Origin: an uncultured archaeon
GTDB taxonomy: Archaea; Asgardarchaeota; Lokiarchaeia; Sigyniarchaeales; Promethearchaeaceae
Assembly (NCBI GenBank): GCA_964426185.1
Contig: CAYRPF010000006.1
Location: 1 to 32,000, forward strand
Length of the DNA stretch: 32,000 nt
Reading direction: 5' to 3'
Under the pieces are notes generated by a model. It searched no databases, was not told the DNA's origin, and worked only from the letters and a program-made list of their open reading frames with translations. A program made the position numbers and the translations under genes. Below, one piece after another: positions 1-9,770 of the stretch (position 1 is the stretch's first letter; each line of letters opens with the position of its first letter).

Positions 1-71
1 ATTATATTCGTTAAAAATACAATATGAGAAGGAAAATAAAAAAATATCACGAAAAATTAGATTAAAAAAAA

Positions 72-1580
72 TTAGAAATCGAATATTTTTCCAAATTTCA
101 TTTCCGCATAATCTAAGAAATAATGGGGATTTAAAGGTTCACCAGATAATTTCTCAATAAAAGGAAGCGGATCATACATATTACCAACGTTATGGACATT
201 TGTAATCAACCATTGTTTTATCGCGCTAAAATTTCCCTGGCGGAGCTGTTTGTTCCAATCCGGAATTTGTTTTTCCATTACATACAGCATTTGGCTATTA
301 TATAGGTTTCCCAACGCATAATCTGGGAAATAACCAAAAAGACCCGCATACCAATGGGTGTCTTGAAGAACGCCCTCTGCATCATTTTTAATTTCTTGCT
401 GGAGATATTTATCCATTTTTTCGTTCCAAATCTGAGGTAGTTCATTCACGGTTATTTTCTGGGCAAAAAGATCCCGCTCGATTTCAAACCGCAAGATGAT
501 ATGGAGGCTGTAAGTAACTTCATCGGCGTAAATTCGTATTTTTGAGGGTTGGATCGCATTTACAGCTCGGATGAATTGAGTGGTGTTAAACGCTCCGAAT
601 GAGGGAACTAATTTTTGTAATTTGGGAAAAATATATTCCAAAAAACTCGGGTTTTTTCCTATAATATTTTCTATGAATCTGCTTTGAGATTCATGGATTC
701 CCATTGAAATGTGCTGACCTCTTAGTGTAAATTGTGCCTCTCTAGGGAGGTTCATGTCATACATTCCATGACCAGCTTCATGCATCAGCGAGGTAAATGA
801 GGCCATAGGTTGTCCCAGAAGATAATGAGTTGTTATTCGTACATCATCCAACATACCGGTGGTGAACGGATGTTCCGTTTCATCTACTCTAATTCTATCT
901 CGGTCCAGCTGTAAGAAATCCAAAATTAATTCATTTACTTTTATTAATTGATCTTTACTAGCAGGAGCATCCAATAAAGAAGGATTAGGCATATCATAAC
1001 AGTCTTTAATGGCATCTTGATATTTTTTTACTAATTTTATGGTCCCATCGCGTACAGGTACAAAAAAGGAAGTGATTTGCTCTGCATATACGCTCGGTTC
1101 ATATTCATCCGCGAGTACATCCCAAGCTGGTCGCGAAGGATCCACGTATTCGGCTTTTTTCTTAAGGAGATCAACCATCTCTTGAAGGTCTTTTTTCACG
1201 ATGGAAAAATCGCTCTTTTCTTTAGCTTTTACCCATAAATGTTCCAGAAAACTCGATTTTTTTGAAATTTTTCCCACTAATTCTGTGGGTACTTTTGTCT
1301 CCCGCTGATAATCTCTTTCAAAAAGTTCCAATTCTCTTATTTGTCCCGTATTTAAATCTGGAATGGATTTACTGGCATTTAAGAGCTCTCCCATTTTAGG
1401 ATCGGTAAATTTTTTATGAATCAATTTCTGGAGAATAGCTAATGCATTTCCCCGCTGATTAATTCCTTTTTTCGGCATATATGTTCGCATATCCCATGCT
1501 AAAATAGAATTAGCATATCCCAAATGAAGAATTTCGGAAATTCGGGATTCAAGTTCATTAAAACTGTTAGATTTGCTCAT
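72..1580 (-). CDS. M32 family metallocarboxypeptidase (carboxypeptidase Taq-like)
   Basis: 502 aa with the M32 motifs HPF, DVRITT, HEAGH (HExxH), HESQ, IRIYADE, GVLQDTHW and GYFPDYALG. Confidence 0.95.
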   Translation of the reverse strand: MSKSNSFNELESRISEILHLGYANSILAWDMRTYMPKKGINQRGNALAILQKLIHKKFTDPKMGELLNASKSIPDLNTGQIRELELFERDYQRETKVPTELVGKISKKSSFLEHLWVKAKEKSDFSIVKKDLQEMVDLLKKKAEYVDPSRPAWDVLADEYEPSVYAEQITSFFVPVRDGTIKLVKKYQDAIKDCYDMPNPSLLDAPASKDQLIKVNELILDFLQLDRDRIRVDETEHPFTTGMLDDVRITTHYLLGQPMASFTSLMHEAGHGMYDMNLPREAQFTLRGQHISMGIHESQSRFIENIIGKNPSFLEYIFPKLQKLVPSFGAFNTTQFIRAVNAIQPSKIRIYADEVTYSLHIILRFEIERDLFAQKITVNELPQIWNEKMDKYLQQEIKNDAEGVLQDTHWYAGLFGYFPDYALGNLYNSQMLYVMEKQIPDWNKQLRQGNFSAIKQWLITNVHNVGNMYDPLPFIEKLSGEPLNPHYFLDYAEMKFGKIFDF

Positions 1581-1681
1581 AAACTAAAGTTAGCTGGATT
1601 CTTAAATAAATTTTACATATATTTATAATCCCAAAGCTTGAAAATATTGCATAATGTTAATAGTTACAATATTCGTTTTTT

Positions 1682-1864
1682 ATGAGTGATGATGAATTTC
1701 CCCCGAAAATTGATGATATTTCAGAACAAGGCGATGTCCAATATTCTCTTACAACAGCACTCAAGGATCTTAAAATGGGAATCTCTTATTATCAAAATCG
1801 GAAATGGAAATTGGCTTTACCTTTAATAAACCAAAAATATCGATTGATCAAGATATTGCTCTAA
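1682..1864 (+). CDS. Small hypothetical protein or truncated helical (TPR-like) fragment
   Basis: 60-aa ORF with ATG just downstream of an AT-rich divergent intergenic region; GISYYQNRKWKLALPLI resembles one TPR helix. Weak support. Confidence 0.35.
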   Translation: MSDDEFPPKIDDISEQGDVQYSLTTALKDLKMGISYYQNRKWKLALPLINQKYRLIKILL

Positions 1865-1893
1865 ATATTTATTCACTCAGTCCTGCAGATTCA

Positions 1894-2259
1894 TCAAATC
1901 TTAGCTTTCCAATATTCAGGGTCAAATCCATCGGAGTAATATTCTCCCGAATCAGTTTTAAAAATAACGAAAGGGGAAGCCATTCTAGTTTTAAGTTTAA
2001 AGTGTTCTTGAACCCAAGTCTTTACCTTTTTCTTAAGATTTGGTTCCAAATTATCTAAATACAGCCATTTAAAGGAAACCTCTCTCTCTCTCAACCATTT
2101 TAATCCTTTTTTACAATACATGCAGGTAGTTAGGCTAAAATAATAAATTTCCGATTTTTGGCTACCTTTTTCATTCTTTTTATTATTTTCTAAAGTCCAA
2201 GGTAGATTTTCTAAAAATTTCAAATTTTCAAAGGAACTCGCCTCGATGGTCATACTCAT
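1894..2259 (-). CDS. Glutaredoxin/NrdH-like redoxin
   Basis: YYFSLTTCMYCKK (CxxC), cis-Pro-like ASPFVIF and C-terminal GFD; 121 aa. Confidence 0.85.
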   Translation of the reverse strand: MSMTIEASSFENLKFLENLPWTLENNKKNEKGSQKSEIYYFSLTTCMYCKKGLKWLREREVSFKWLYLDNLEPNLKKKVKTWVQEHFKLKTRMASPFVIFKTDSGEYYSDGFDPEYWKAKI

Positions 2260-2285
2260 TAAAAGAGATCCTTCAAAAAAAGAAT

Positions 2286-3275
2286 TTACACTTTTACATC
2301 ATAAATCGGAGTTTTAAACAAATCCCACAAAGCTTGCTGCTCATAATTAACCTTTTTGATTGCTTGCTTAACTTTGGGATATTTCTTCATTATAGTGTTC
2401 AGCTCATTAACAACGCTCTTTCCTTCAGTTAATAAGTGAATTAAACCAATACAGAGATCTTCTGGAACATCAAAATATATAGCTTCATTAAGAATCAATT
2501 TTTGATATAATTCAAAGGTTTGCTTGCGAAAATTAATGAAAATTCGATCTACGGCTTTAGAAAAACGTACGAATTGACCCGGATTGGCAATACCTTGAGA
2601 AAAAGTGGAGTCTATTAGTTCTGCAAATTCATTTTCAAAAGTGTTAGTTAATTCAACAGTTAAATCTTCCAAAATAGGCTCAATTAGGTAATTTATCTTC
2701 ATTCCAATATTGGAAAGAACCGCTATTATGATTTTCTCTCCCTTATGAAATCTAATTTCAATATTTTCTGCTCGGATTAAGTTTAAACCTTTTTTCCACC
2801 CCATTCGATTGATAAATAAGTGAATTGCACTAAATAATCCAGAAACTAAATTCTGATCTATTGAATCCTGATCTGGCTTTCCATAGAATTTAAAATGATA
2901 TAAACATAGCCCAGAGGGAGAGAATATGTAAATTTCTGGAATTTCAATAGAATCTGGAAGGATTAGTGGAAGAGAAACATTCTCCTGCGATTCATCAGAT
3001 AATCGAGTAATAGATTTTGTATCAGAAGATAAGGATTTTTGGCCATTTAAAGGAATAACGGAAAGTGAATTTTCTTGCTCTGTTGCAAATAAAGATTTTA
3101 TATAGGTAAGATATTCCATATATTCTTTCATTTCTGCAATATTTAGGGTAATTTCTGCTTGTCTAAGAATAAATTTTGGCTCTTCTCCATCATTTTCAAC
3201 TGTAGTAATTTCAATGGGAGAAAGTTTTGAATCATGAATTTTCCAATGGGTTATTTTTTGCTTATTTATCTCCAA
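2286..3275 (-). CDS. Longin/roadblock-like domain protein (Asgard type) with N- and C-terminal extensions
   Basis: Central segment IYIFSPSGLCLYH...DQNLVSGLFSAIHLF...IIIAVLS...FENEF...FVRFSKAVD matches the pattern of Asgard longin-like domains. TTG start preceded by GGAGG. Confidence 0.7.
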   Translation of the reverse strand: MEINKQKITHWKIHDSKLSPIEITTVENDGEEPKFILRQAEITLNIAEMKEYMEYLTYIKSLFATEQENSLSVIPLNGQKSLSSDTKSITRLSDESQENVSLPLILPDSIEIPEIYIFSPSGLCLYHFKFYGKPDQDSIDQNLVSGLFSAIHLFINRMGWKKGLNLIRAENIEIRFHKGEKIIIAVLSNIGMKINYLIEPILEDLTVELTNTFENEFAELIDSTFSQGIANPGQFVRFSKAVDRIFINFRKQTFELYQKLILNEAIYFDVPEDLCIGLIHLLTEGKSVVNELNTIMKKYPKVKQAIKKVNYEQQALWDLFKTPIYDVKV

Positions 3276-3411
3276 AACGGCGCCCTCCGAGTTTTTTGTT
3301 GCTAATCATTATAAAACAATTTTAACTAATTTATTTTACCCTCTTGATTAATTCTTCCTTTTCATATTCAAATTAAATCGCTTTTTTTAAGGTTATATTT
3401 AATTCAAAAAT

Positions 3412-3966
3412 ATGGAAAAAAAGAAGATATATAAAATCATTCTTGCAGGAGATGGAGGTGTAGGAAAATCCAGTTTATTAACCACAAAAATAACTGGACA
3501 ATTCAGTTACAGTTCCAAAATAACTGTTGGAATTGATTTTTCTTGTTTATTGGTTGAAAATAATCACCACCCCATTTCTTTTATAGTGTACGACTTAGGG
3601 GGACAAGAGAGATTTCATTTTCTTCACGATGCCTATTTGCGGGGAACCAAAGGCGCTTTAGTATTATATGACATTACTCGACCTAAAAGCTTTGAAAATA
3701 TTTCTCATTGGGTAGAATTATTAATGAAGGAAAATTCGCAAATTCCAATAATCTTGGTAGGATCAAAAATTGACCTTGGTCAACCAGAAGATTTGTTAAA
3801 TTATCAAAAATTATGGAAAAAAAGGGAAAATGTCTTCCCATATTATTCCAACATCCGAGCCCATAAGTTTATATCATCAAAAACCCAAATTGGAATTGAA
3901 GATTTATTCAATACTTTAAAAGAATTATTCATTACCCCACATGTTTACTTAATCGAGCAATGTTAA
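3412..3966 (+). CDS. Ras-superfamily small GTPase, Rab-like
   Basis: G1 GDGGVGKS, G2 ITVGIDF, G3 DLGGQ, G4 SKID, G5 SSK; RabF-like segments ERF, YLRG and VLYDIT. Confidence 0.95.
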   Translation: MEKKKIYKIILAGDGGVGKSSLLTTKITGQFSYSSKITVGIDFSCLLVENNHHPISFIVYDLGGQERFHFLHDAYLRGTKGALVLYDITRPKSFENISHWVELLMKENSQIPIILVGSKIDLGQPEDLLNYQKLWKKRENVFPYYSNIRAHKFISSKTQIGIEDLFNTLKELFITPHVYLIEQC

Positions 3967-3997
3967 ATAAAAAAAAAGATGGAATACATAACTGTTC

Positions 3998-5995
3998 TCA
4001 ATCTTCATCTACTAATTTATCGATAAGTGAATCATCTGCCAAAAACGGCATGGTTATATACCCTTTTCCTTGATTTCTTTTATTCCATTCACTTGCAGTT
4101 TCAATGGCATGAGGATTTCGCGCCCATGCACGACGAGCAATACCACAATGTACATCCCAGTCAAGTGCAAGATCTATAATCATATCTACTCGTTCACTTC
4201 CATCTAAAACCAGACCGAATCCACCATTAATCACTTTTCCAGTTCCAACTCCTCCTCCGTTAGAAAGAACGCACATGGTCATTCCTCGCGCAACATTTCC
4301 TGCCCAAGAATGATGTGCCATTTCTGACATGATATTGCTTCCATCTTTAATATTTGAAGTTTCTCGGAATGGGCTGTCCGTTCCTGATACATCGTGATGA
4401 TCCCGTCCAAGCATTACGGGACCAATTTTCCCTTCACGGACTAGTCGGTTGAATTCATGTGCAATTTTAACTCGACCAAGCCCATCTGCATATAATATTC
4501 GGGCTTGAGTCCCTACAACTAAACCATTCTTTTCTGCATCTCGAATCCACACATAATTATCACGATCTTGTCCACGTCGATTCGGATCGATACATTTCAT
4601 AGCAGTTTGATCAGTTTGGATCAAATCACTGTGCTTTCCACTTAAACACACCCAACGAAACGGGCCATAACCATAATCAAAGCAAATTGGCCCCATAATA
4701 TCTTCCACATATGATGGGTAAATAAAACCATTTCTGGGATCGTGATCTTTGGCAATTGAAGTTGCTCCTGCATCGTATACAGCTTTTAAAAAGGAATTTC
4801 CATAATCCCAAAATTTGGTGCCTCTTTGAGTCATAATTTGAATCAGTTCAAATTGGCGCTTTAATGATTCATCTACCAATTTTTTAAACTTTTGGCGCTC
4901 ATTTTTCAGCAATTCTCGACCTTCTTTAAAAGAAACACCTACTGGAGTATACCCTCCTTCATAAACAGCATGACAGCTGGTTTGATCAGAGGCTAATTCA
5001 ACTTTGATGTTGTTATCTACCACATATTGCCACAAATCAACCACATTTCCATGATAAGCAATCGAAAGAGATTCCCTTCGGGTTCTATATTCATCAACCC
5101 ATTGAAATATTTCTTCTAAATTATCTGAGATACGGTTTACCCATCCTTGTTCATGGCGTGTTTTAATCCGAGAAAGATCTACTTCTGCAGTAACACTTAT
5201 TGCTCTTGCGATATCTGCTGCCTTCGGTTGAGCACCACTCATTCCACCCAAACCTGAACTAATGTATAATACACCAGATAAATCTTCATTTTCCTTTCGA
5301 TTAAGATATAGTCGACCTGCATTAAGCAAGGTTATGTATGTCCCATGTACAATTCCTTGCGGGCCAATATACATCCATCCTCCTGCGGTCATTTGACCAT
5401 AATTAGCCAAACCTAAGGCTTGAGCGCGGTGAAAATCTGCAGAATTATCATACATACCAATCATTAATCCGTTGGAGAAAATTACTCTGGGAGCATTGCG
5501 TTTGCTGGGAAATAATCCTAAAGGATGACCAGACATTACAACCAATGTTTGATCTTCCTTTATAATTTCAAGATATTGTTTGATTAATCGATATTGCATC
5601 CAATTTTGGCATACTTGTCCTGATTCACCATAAGTAACTAATTCATATGGATAAAGAGCGATATCAAAATCTAAATTATTATCTATCATAACTTGGATTG
5701 CTCGAGCCTCAAGAATTCCCTTGTATTCATCAATTGGTTTGCCTACAATCGGACCATGAGGGCGATAACGATATGCATAAATCCGACCTCGTGTCTTTAA
5801 TTCATACAGAAATTCAGGTGCGAGTTTTTCATGCAATTCTTTAGGAACATAACGTAAAGCATTTTTCAATGCAATTTTAGTTTCTTTCGGAGTTAAATTA
5901 AATCCACGATTTGGAGCTCTTCGATATTGAGGATCAAATTCGGGATCTGGGGGGAGTTCTGCGGGTAATTGAATTTTCACAATGTTATTCGACAT
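3998..5995 (-). CDS. hutU: Urocanate hydratase, long (~665 aa) form
   Basis: YPYELVTYG, YGQMTAGGWMYIGPQGIVHGT, SSGLGGMSGAQPKA, SDQTSCH, GPFRWVCLSG and GRDHHDVSGTDSPFRET; adjacent to hutH. Confidence 0.97.
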   Translation of the reverse strand: MSNNIVKIQLPAELPPDPEFDPQYRRAPNRGFNLTPKETKIALKNALRYVPKELHEKLAPEFLYELKTRGRIYAYRYRPHGPIVGKPIDEYKGILEARAIQVMIDNNLDFDIALYPYELVTYGESGQVCQNWMQYRLIKQYLEIIKEDQTLVVMSGHPLGLFPSKRNAPRVIFSNGLMIGMYDNSADFHRAQALGLANYGQMTAGGWMYIGPQGIVHGTYITLLNAGRLYLNRKENEDLSGVLYISSGLGGMSGAQPKAADIARAISVTAEVDLSRIKTRHEQGWVNRISDNLEEIFQWVDEYRTRRESLSIAYHGNVVDLWQYVVDNNIKVELASDQTSCHAVYEGGYTPVGVSFKEGRELLKNERQKFKKLVDESLKRQFELIQIMTQRGTKFWDYGNSFLKAVYDAGATSIAKDHDPRNGFIYPSYVEDIMGPICFDYGYGPFRWVCLSGKHSDLIQTDQTAMKCIDPNRRGQDRDNYVWIRDAEKNGLVVGTQARILYADGLGRVKIAHEFNRLVREGKIGPVMLGRDHHDVSGTDSPFRETSNIKDGSNIMSEMAHHSWAGNVARGMTMCVLSNGGGVGTGKVINGGFGLVLDGSERVDMIIDLALDWDVHCGIARRAWARNPHAIETASEWNKRNQGKGYITMPFLADDSLIDKLVDED

Positions 5996-6107
5996 GATTC
6001 TCGTTTAAAAAAGAAGCTATTTCAGAATAAAAAGTTTGTTTCATAAATTCCCCCTCTTGACCCATTTAAAAAATTTTATAGTATGACCACCCATTATCTA
6101 TACAGAG

Positions 6108-7646
6108 TTGATAAAGTTGGAAGAATTTCATTACGGAATGGATCAGATGGATGTTCCCATTGCACTGAAATTATGTTCGGGAGAAATGAAAGGAATTATC
6201 ACCGATGAAGTTAAAACGAAAGTTCAACAGTGCCATGCTGCAGTACAACGAATTGTTCAAGGGGAAAAGCCTGTATATTCAATAAATACTGGTTTTGGAT
6301 CTTTGTGCACCACTAAAATTTCGAAAGATGATGCAGGAAAATTGCAAGAAAACTTATTGAAATCTCATAGTGTTGGAGTAGGCGCTCCAATCGAGACCGA
6401 CATTGCAAAAATTATGCTTATTTTAAAGGTTCACGCTCTTTGTCAAGGTTATAGTGGAGTATCATTAACTTTGATTGAGCGAATACTCTGGCACATCGAT
6501 ATGAATTATATTCCTAAAGTTCTAGAGCAAGGTTCAGTTGGTGCTTCTGGAGATTTATGTCCTCTCGCGCATTTATTCCTTCCATTAATCGGACTGGGAG
6601 AAATTACTAAAGATGGTGGGAAAAACTATGTGCCAACCCATCAAATTCTAGAAGAAAATCAAATATCCCCTCTCTCATTAGGAGCAAAAGAAGGATTGGG
6701 TTTAATCAATGGGACTCAATTTATTGCAGCACATGCAATTAAAGTGGTCGAACGTTTGGAAAATTGCGTGGATCATGCTGATTTAATTGGTGCGTTAAGT
6801 TTAGAAGGATATCTTGGTTCGGTGGCACCTTTTGATCCCAGATTGCATAAAATACGACCTCATCCAGGTGCTCAAATTGTAGCGCGGCATCTTCGTGAAT
6901 TAACAGAAGGATCGGAATTTATCGAATATCATAAAGATTGTAATAGGGTGCAAGATCCCTATTCTTTTCGGTGTATGCCACAAATTCATGGAGCATGCCG
7001 AAATGCGCTTAATCATTTAAAGGAAGTTCTTATTCGGGAAATTAATTCGGTAACTGATAATCCAAATATTTTCCTTGAAGGAGAAAATGGAATAGCAATT
7101 TCTGGAGGGGGATTTCACGGAGAACCGCTAGCTTTACCATTAGATTATGTTGGTTTAGCTGCATCAGAATTGGGAAATATATCTGATCGACGCGTATATC
7201 TATTATTGGGTGAAAAAGGAGAATATGGACTTCCACTTTATCTAATTAAGGGTTCTGGTTTAAATTCTGGCTTTATGATTGCCCAATATGCTACAGCTGC
7301 ACTTGCCAGTGAAAACAAATCTTTATGTTTTCCAGCTAGTGCAGATTCCATTCCTACCAGTAATGGGGTTGAAGATTTAGTGTCTATGGGTTCAATTTCT
7401 GCACGGAAAACTCTCAGGATGATCGCAAATCTGGAGCAGATCCTAGGAATTGAGTTAGTTTGTGCATGTCAAGCAATGGATTTCAGACGACCCTTACAAA
7501 GTTCTGAAAAATTGGAATCTTGTCATTCTTATGTTCGAAAATATATCCCCTTTATTGAAAATGATGAAATTCTTTCACCACACATGCAGAAAGCAGCTGA
7601 AATTGTTCGCTCTAAGAAATTGCTTGAAATTTCACAAATCAATTAA
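6108..7646 (+). CDS. hutH: Histidine ammonia-lyase
   Basis: MIO-forming GSVGASGDL, plus YSINTGFG, KEGLGLINGTQ, QDPYSFRCMPQ, NSVTDNP and EDLVSMG. The TTG start is uncertain. Confidence 0.97.
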   Translation: MIKLEEFHYGMDQMDVPIALKLCSGEMKGIITDEVKTKVQQCHAAVQRIVQGEKPVYSINTGFGSLCTTKISKDDAGKLQENLLKSHSVGVGAPIETDIAKIMLILKVHALCQGYSGVSLTLIERILWHIDMNYIPKVLEQGSVGASGDLCPLAHLFLPLIGLGEITKDGGKNYVPTHQILEENQISPLSLGAKEGLGLINGTQFIAAHAIKVVERLENCVDHADLIGALSLEGYLGSVAPFDPRLHKIRPHPGAQIVARHLRELTEGSEFIEYHKDCNRVQDPYSFRCMPQIHGACRNALNHLKEVLIREINSVTDNPNIFLEGENGIAISGGGFHGEPLALPLDYVGLAASELGNISDRRVYLLLGEKGEYGLPLYLIKGSGLNSGFMIAQYATAALASENKSLCFPASADSIPTSNGVEDLVSMGSISARKTLRMIANLEQILGIELVCACQAMDFRRPLQSSEKLESCHSYVRKYIPFIENDEILSPHMQKAAEIVRSKKLLEISQIN

Positions 7647-7789
7647 TTTTTTTTCTCATGATGAAGATCACAAATAGGTGATTGGTAAAATTTTTTTCTA
7701 AAATATTCCATTTTCTTGGGCAGATCATTTTAATTTAACCCCTAATTCACCATATTACGAATCACTTTCTACTTATTGTGTGATCTATT

Positions 7790-9322
7790 ATGCCATTAGT
7801 TGAACTAGTTCCCAATTTTAGTGAAGGTCGGAATAAAGAAGTAATCGACCAAATACTATACGCCTTAAAATCTGCCGGGTCTGCTAAAGTACTCGATGCC
7901 CGCGCGGATCCTGATCATAACCGGCTTGTGGTCACAATGGTAGGTGAACCAGATGCTTGTTTCAATGCGGCTTTTGCAGGAATTAAAACCGCCTCCCAGT
8001 TAATCGATATGGATAAGCACACAGGAGAACATCCCCGAATTGGAGCAACAGATGTTGTCCCCTTTGTTCCGGTCTCAGGAATTACAATAGAGGAATGTGC
8101 TGAGCTTGCAAAGAAACTTGCGGAAAAAGTTTCCTCCGAGCTAGGGATTCCCACTTATCTATACGAAGCAGCAGCCACCCAACCTGACCGTGTAAATCTG
8201 GCAAATATTCGGAAAGGGCAATATGAAGGATTAAAAGAAGAAATTAAGACCAATCCCGATCGTAAACCGGATTTTGGGCCTTCAGAATTACCAAAAGCAG
8301 GTGCCACGGTCATAGGCGCCCGAGAATTCTTGATTGCATATAATATTTACTTAAATACTGACAACGTAGAGATTGCCAAACGTATTGGGGTGAATATTCG
8401 ACATAAAAATGGTGGTTTTCGCTATGTAAAATCGATGGGATTCGATACCAAACCTTACGTGCAAGTATCTATGAATTTAACAAATTACAGAGAAACGCCC
8501 ATGCATATGGTGGTTGAAACTGTTCGTCGTGAGGCTGCACGATATGGTGTGATGATTACCGAAACAGAAGTATATGGTATGATTCCAGTGGATGCATTAT
8601 TGGATTCCGCTGAATTCTATCTCCAACTAAATGATAAGTGGGAACGAAACCAAGTTATCGAGAAAAAATTAGAAGAAGTCTCACGAAATGAAAGTCAAGC
8701 TTTAATAAACTACACTGTACAAGACTTTATTAAAGAATTAGCTTCAGATTCTCCTGCACCAGGTGGTGGATCAGTTGCTTGCGTAGCAGGGGGTATGGGT
8801 GCTGCTCTTGGAGCAATGGTTTCCCGTTTAACTATCGGGAAAAAGGGATATGAAGAAGTATCATCCCTGTTCTCGGAAAAATTGAAAGACCTGGATGAAT
8901 TGCATCATAAATTGACCATGTTAATTGATAAAGATGCCAATGCTTTTAATGGAGTCATAAAGGCTTTTAAAATGCCGAAGGACACTGAAGAACAAAAAGC
9001 TGCGCGCTCTGCAAAAATACAAGAGGAATATAAAAATGCCGCTTTAGTTCCCTTAGAAACTGTGAAAACATGTAAAGCAGTATTAGATGTACTGTTCGAA
9101 ATCGGAATAAAAGGTAACAAGAATGCTCTTTCGGACATTGCGGTTGGTGCGATGAATACACTTACCGGTTTGAAATCAGCTGCATTAAATGTGGAGATTA
9201 ACCTACCAGCAATAAAAGATGAGGAATTTAAAACAAATGTTAAAAATGAACTTCTTTCTATAATAACAGGGTTGGATGAAAAAGTAAATTATTTAGTGGA
9301 AGAAGCCAGGAAAAATTTTTAG
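7790..9322 (+). CDS. ftcD: Bifunctional glutamate formiminotransferase / formiminotetrahydrofolate cyclodeaminase
   Basis: N-terminal LVELVPNFSEGR, DHNR, GEHPRIGATDVVPF and GAREFLIAYN; C-terminal cyclodeaminase ASDSPAPGGGS, GNKNALSD and ALNVEINL. Confidence 0.95.
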   Translation: MPLVELVPNFSEGRNKEVIDQILYALKSAGSAKVLDARADPDHNRLVVTMVGEPDACFNAAFAGIKTASQLIDMDKHTGEHPRIGATDVVPFVPVSGITIEECAELAKKLAEKVSSELGIPTYLYEAAATQPDRVNLANIRKGQYEGLKEEIKTNPDRKPDFGPSELPKAGATVIGAREFLIAYNIYLNTDNVEIAKRIGVNIRHKNGGFRYVKSMGFDTKPYVQVSMNLTNYRETPMHMVVETVRREAARYGVMITETEVYGMIPVDALLDSAEFYLQLNDKWERNQVIEKKLEEVSRNESQALINYTVQDFIKELASDSPAPGGGSVACVAGGMGAALGAMVSRLTIGKKGYEEVSSLFSEKLKDLDELHHKLTMLIDKDANAFNGVIKAFKMPKDTEEQKAARSAKIQEEYKNAALVPLETVKTCKAVLDVLFEIGIKGNKNALSDIAVGAMNTLTGLKSAALNVEINLPAIKDEEFKTNVKNELLSIITGLDEKVNYLVEEARKNF

Positions 9323-9330
9323 ATGTAAGA

Positions 9331-9340
9331 TTTTTTTTTT
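9331..9340 (+). terminator. Oligo-T archaeal-type terminator after ftcD
   Basis: Run of 10 T starting 9 nt after the ftcD stop codon. Confidence 0.55.
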
Positions 9341-9538
9341 AACCACCAATTCTTATATCTTATTAATTTTTTTTTTACTTTGGGCTAAATCAACTAATCA
9401 TTATATCATAATCAAGAAAAAAATTCTATTTTTATAGAACGGTCATCTTTTTAGTAGAAGAACTCTTTAATCCTATAATCACAATATTAAATAGGTTCTA
9501 AAAATGTACTAATACTATTAATAAATAAATGTGATTAC

Positions 9539-9760
9539 ATGAGTCGCGATTTTGAAGATAATTTGAAGTCATTTTCCGAAATTCAACTTCCCCAAGGCTA
9601 TCATAATATGCCTAGATGTGAATGGTGCAATAAACCTCTTCCAAAACGATATATCAGCCACGTAAATTTACAGCAAGACCCTCCAGAACATAAATTCTGT
9701 AGTCGTGTTTGCAAAGAAAAGTGGTGTGCTAATGCAGGAAAAAAAAAAAAAAAGAAATAA
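9539..9760 (+). CDS. Small TRASH/zf-FCS-like zinc-finger protein
   Basis: CEWC ... FCSRVC metal-binding pattern; 73 aa with a poly-Lys tail. Confidence 0.7.
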   Translation: MSRDFEDNLKSFSEIQLPQGYHNMPRCEWCNKPLPKRYISHVNLQQDPPEHKFCSRVCKEKWCANAGKKKKKK

Positions 9761-9770
9761 CCCTTATTGG

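Noticed and set aside
1804-2058. 84-aa plus-strand ORF
   Set aside because: Mostly antisense to the glutaredoxin, with no recognisable motif.
2080-2092. (CT)n microsatellite as a phase-variation tract
   Set aside because: Short, and explained by the in-frame Arg-Glu-Arg-Glu codons of the glutaredoxin.
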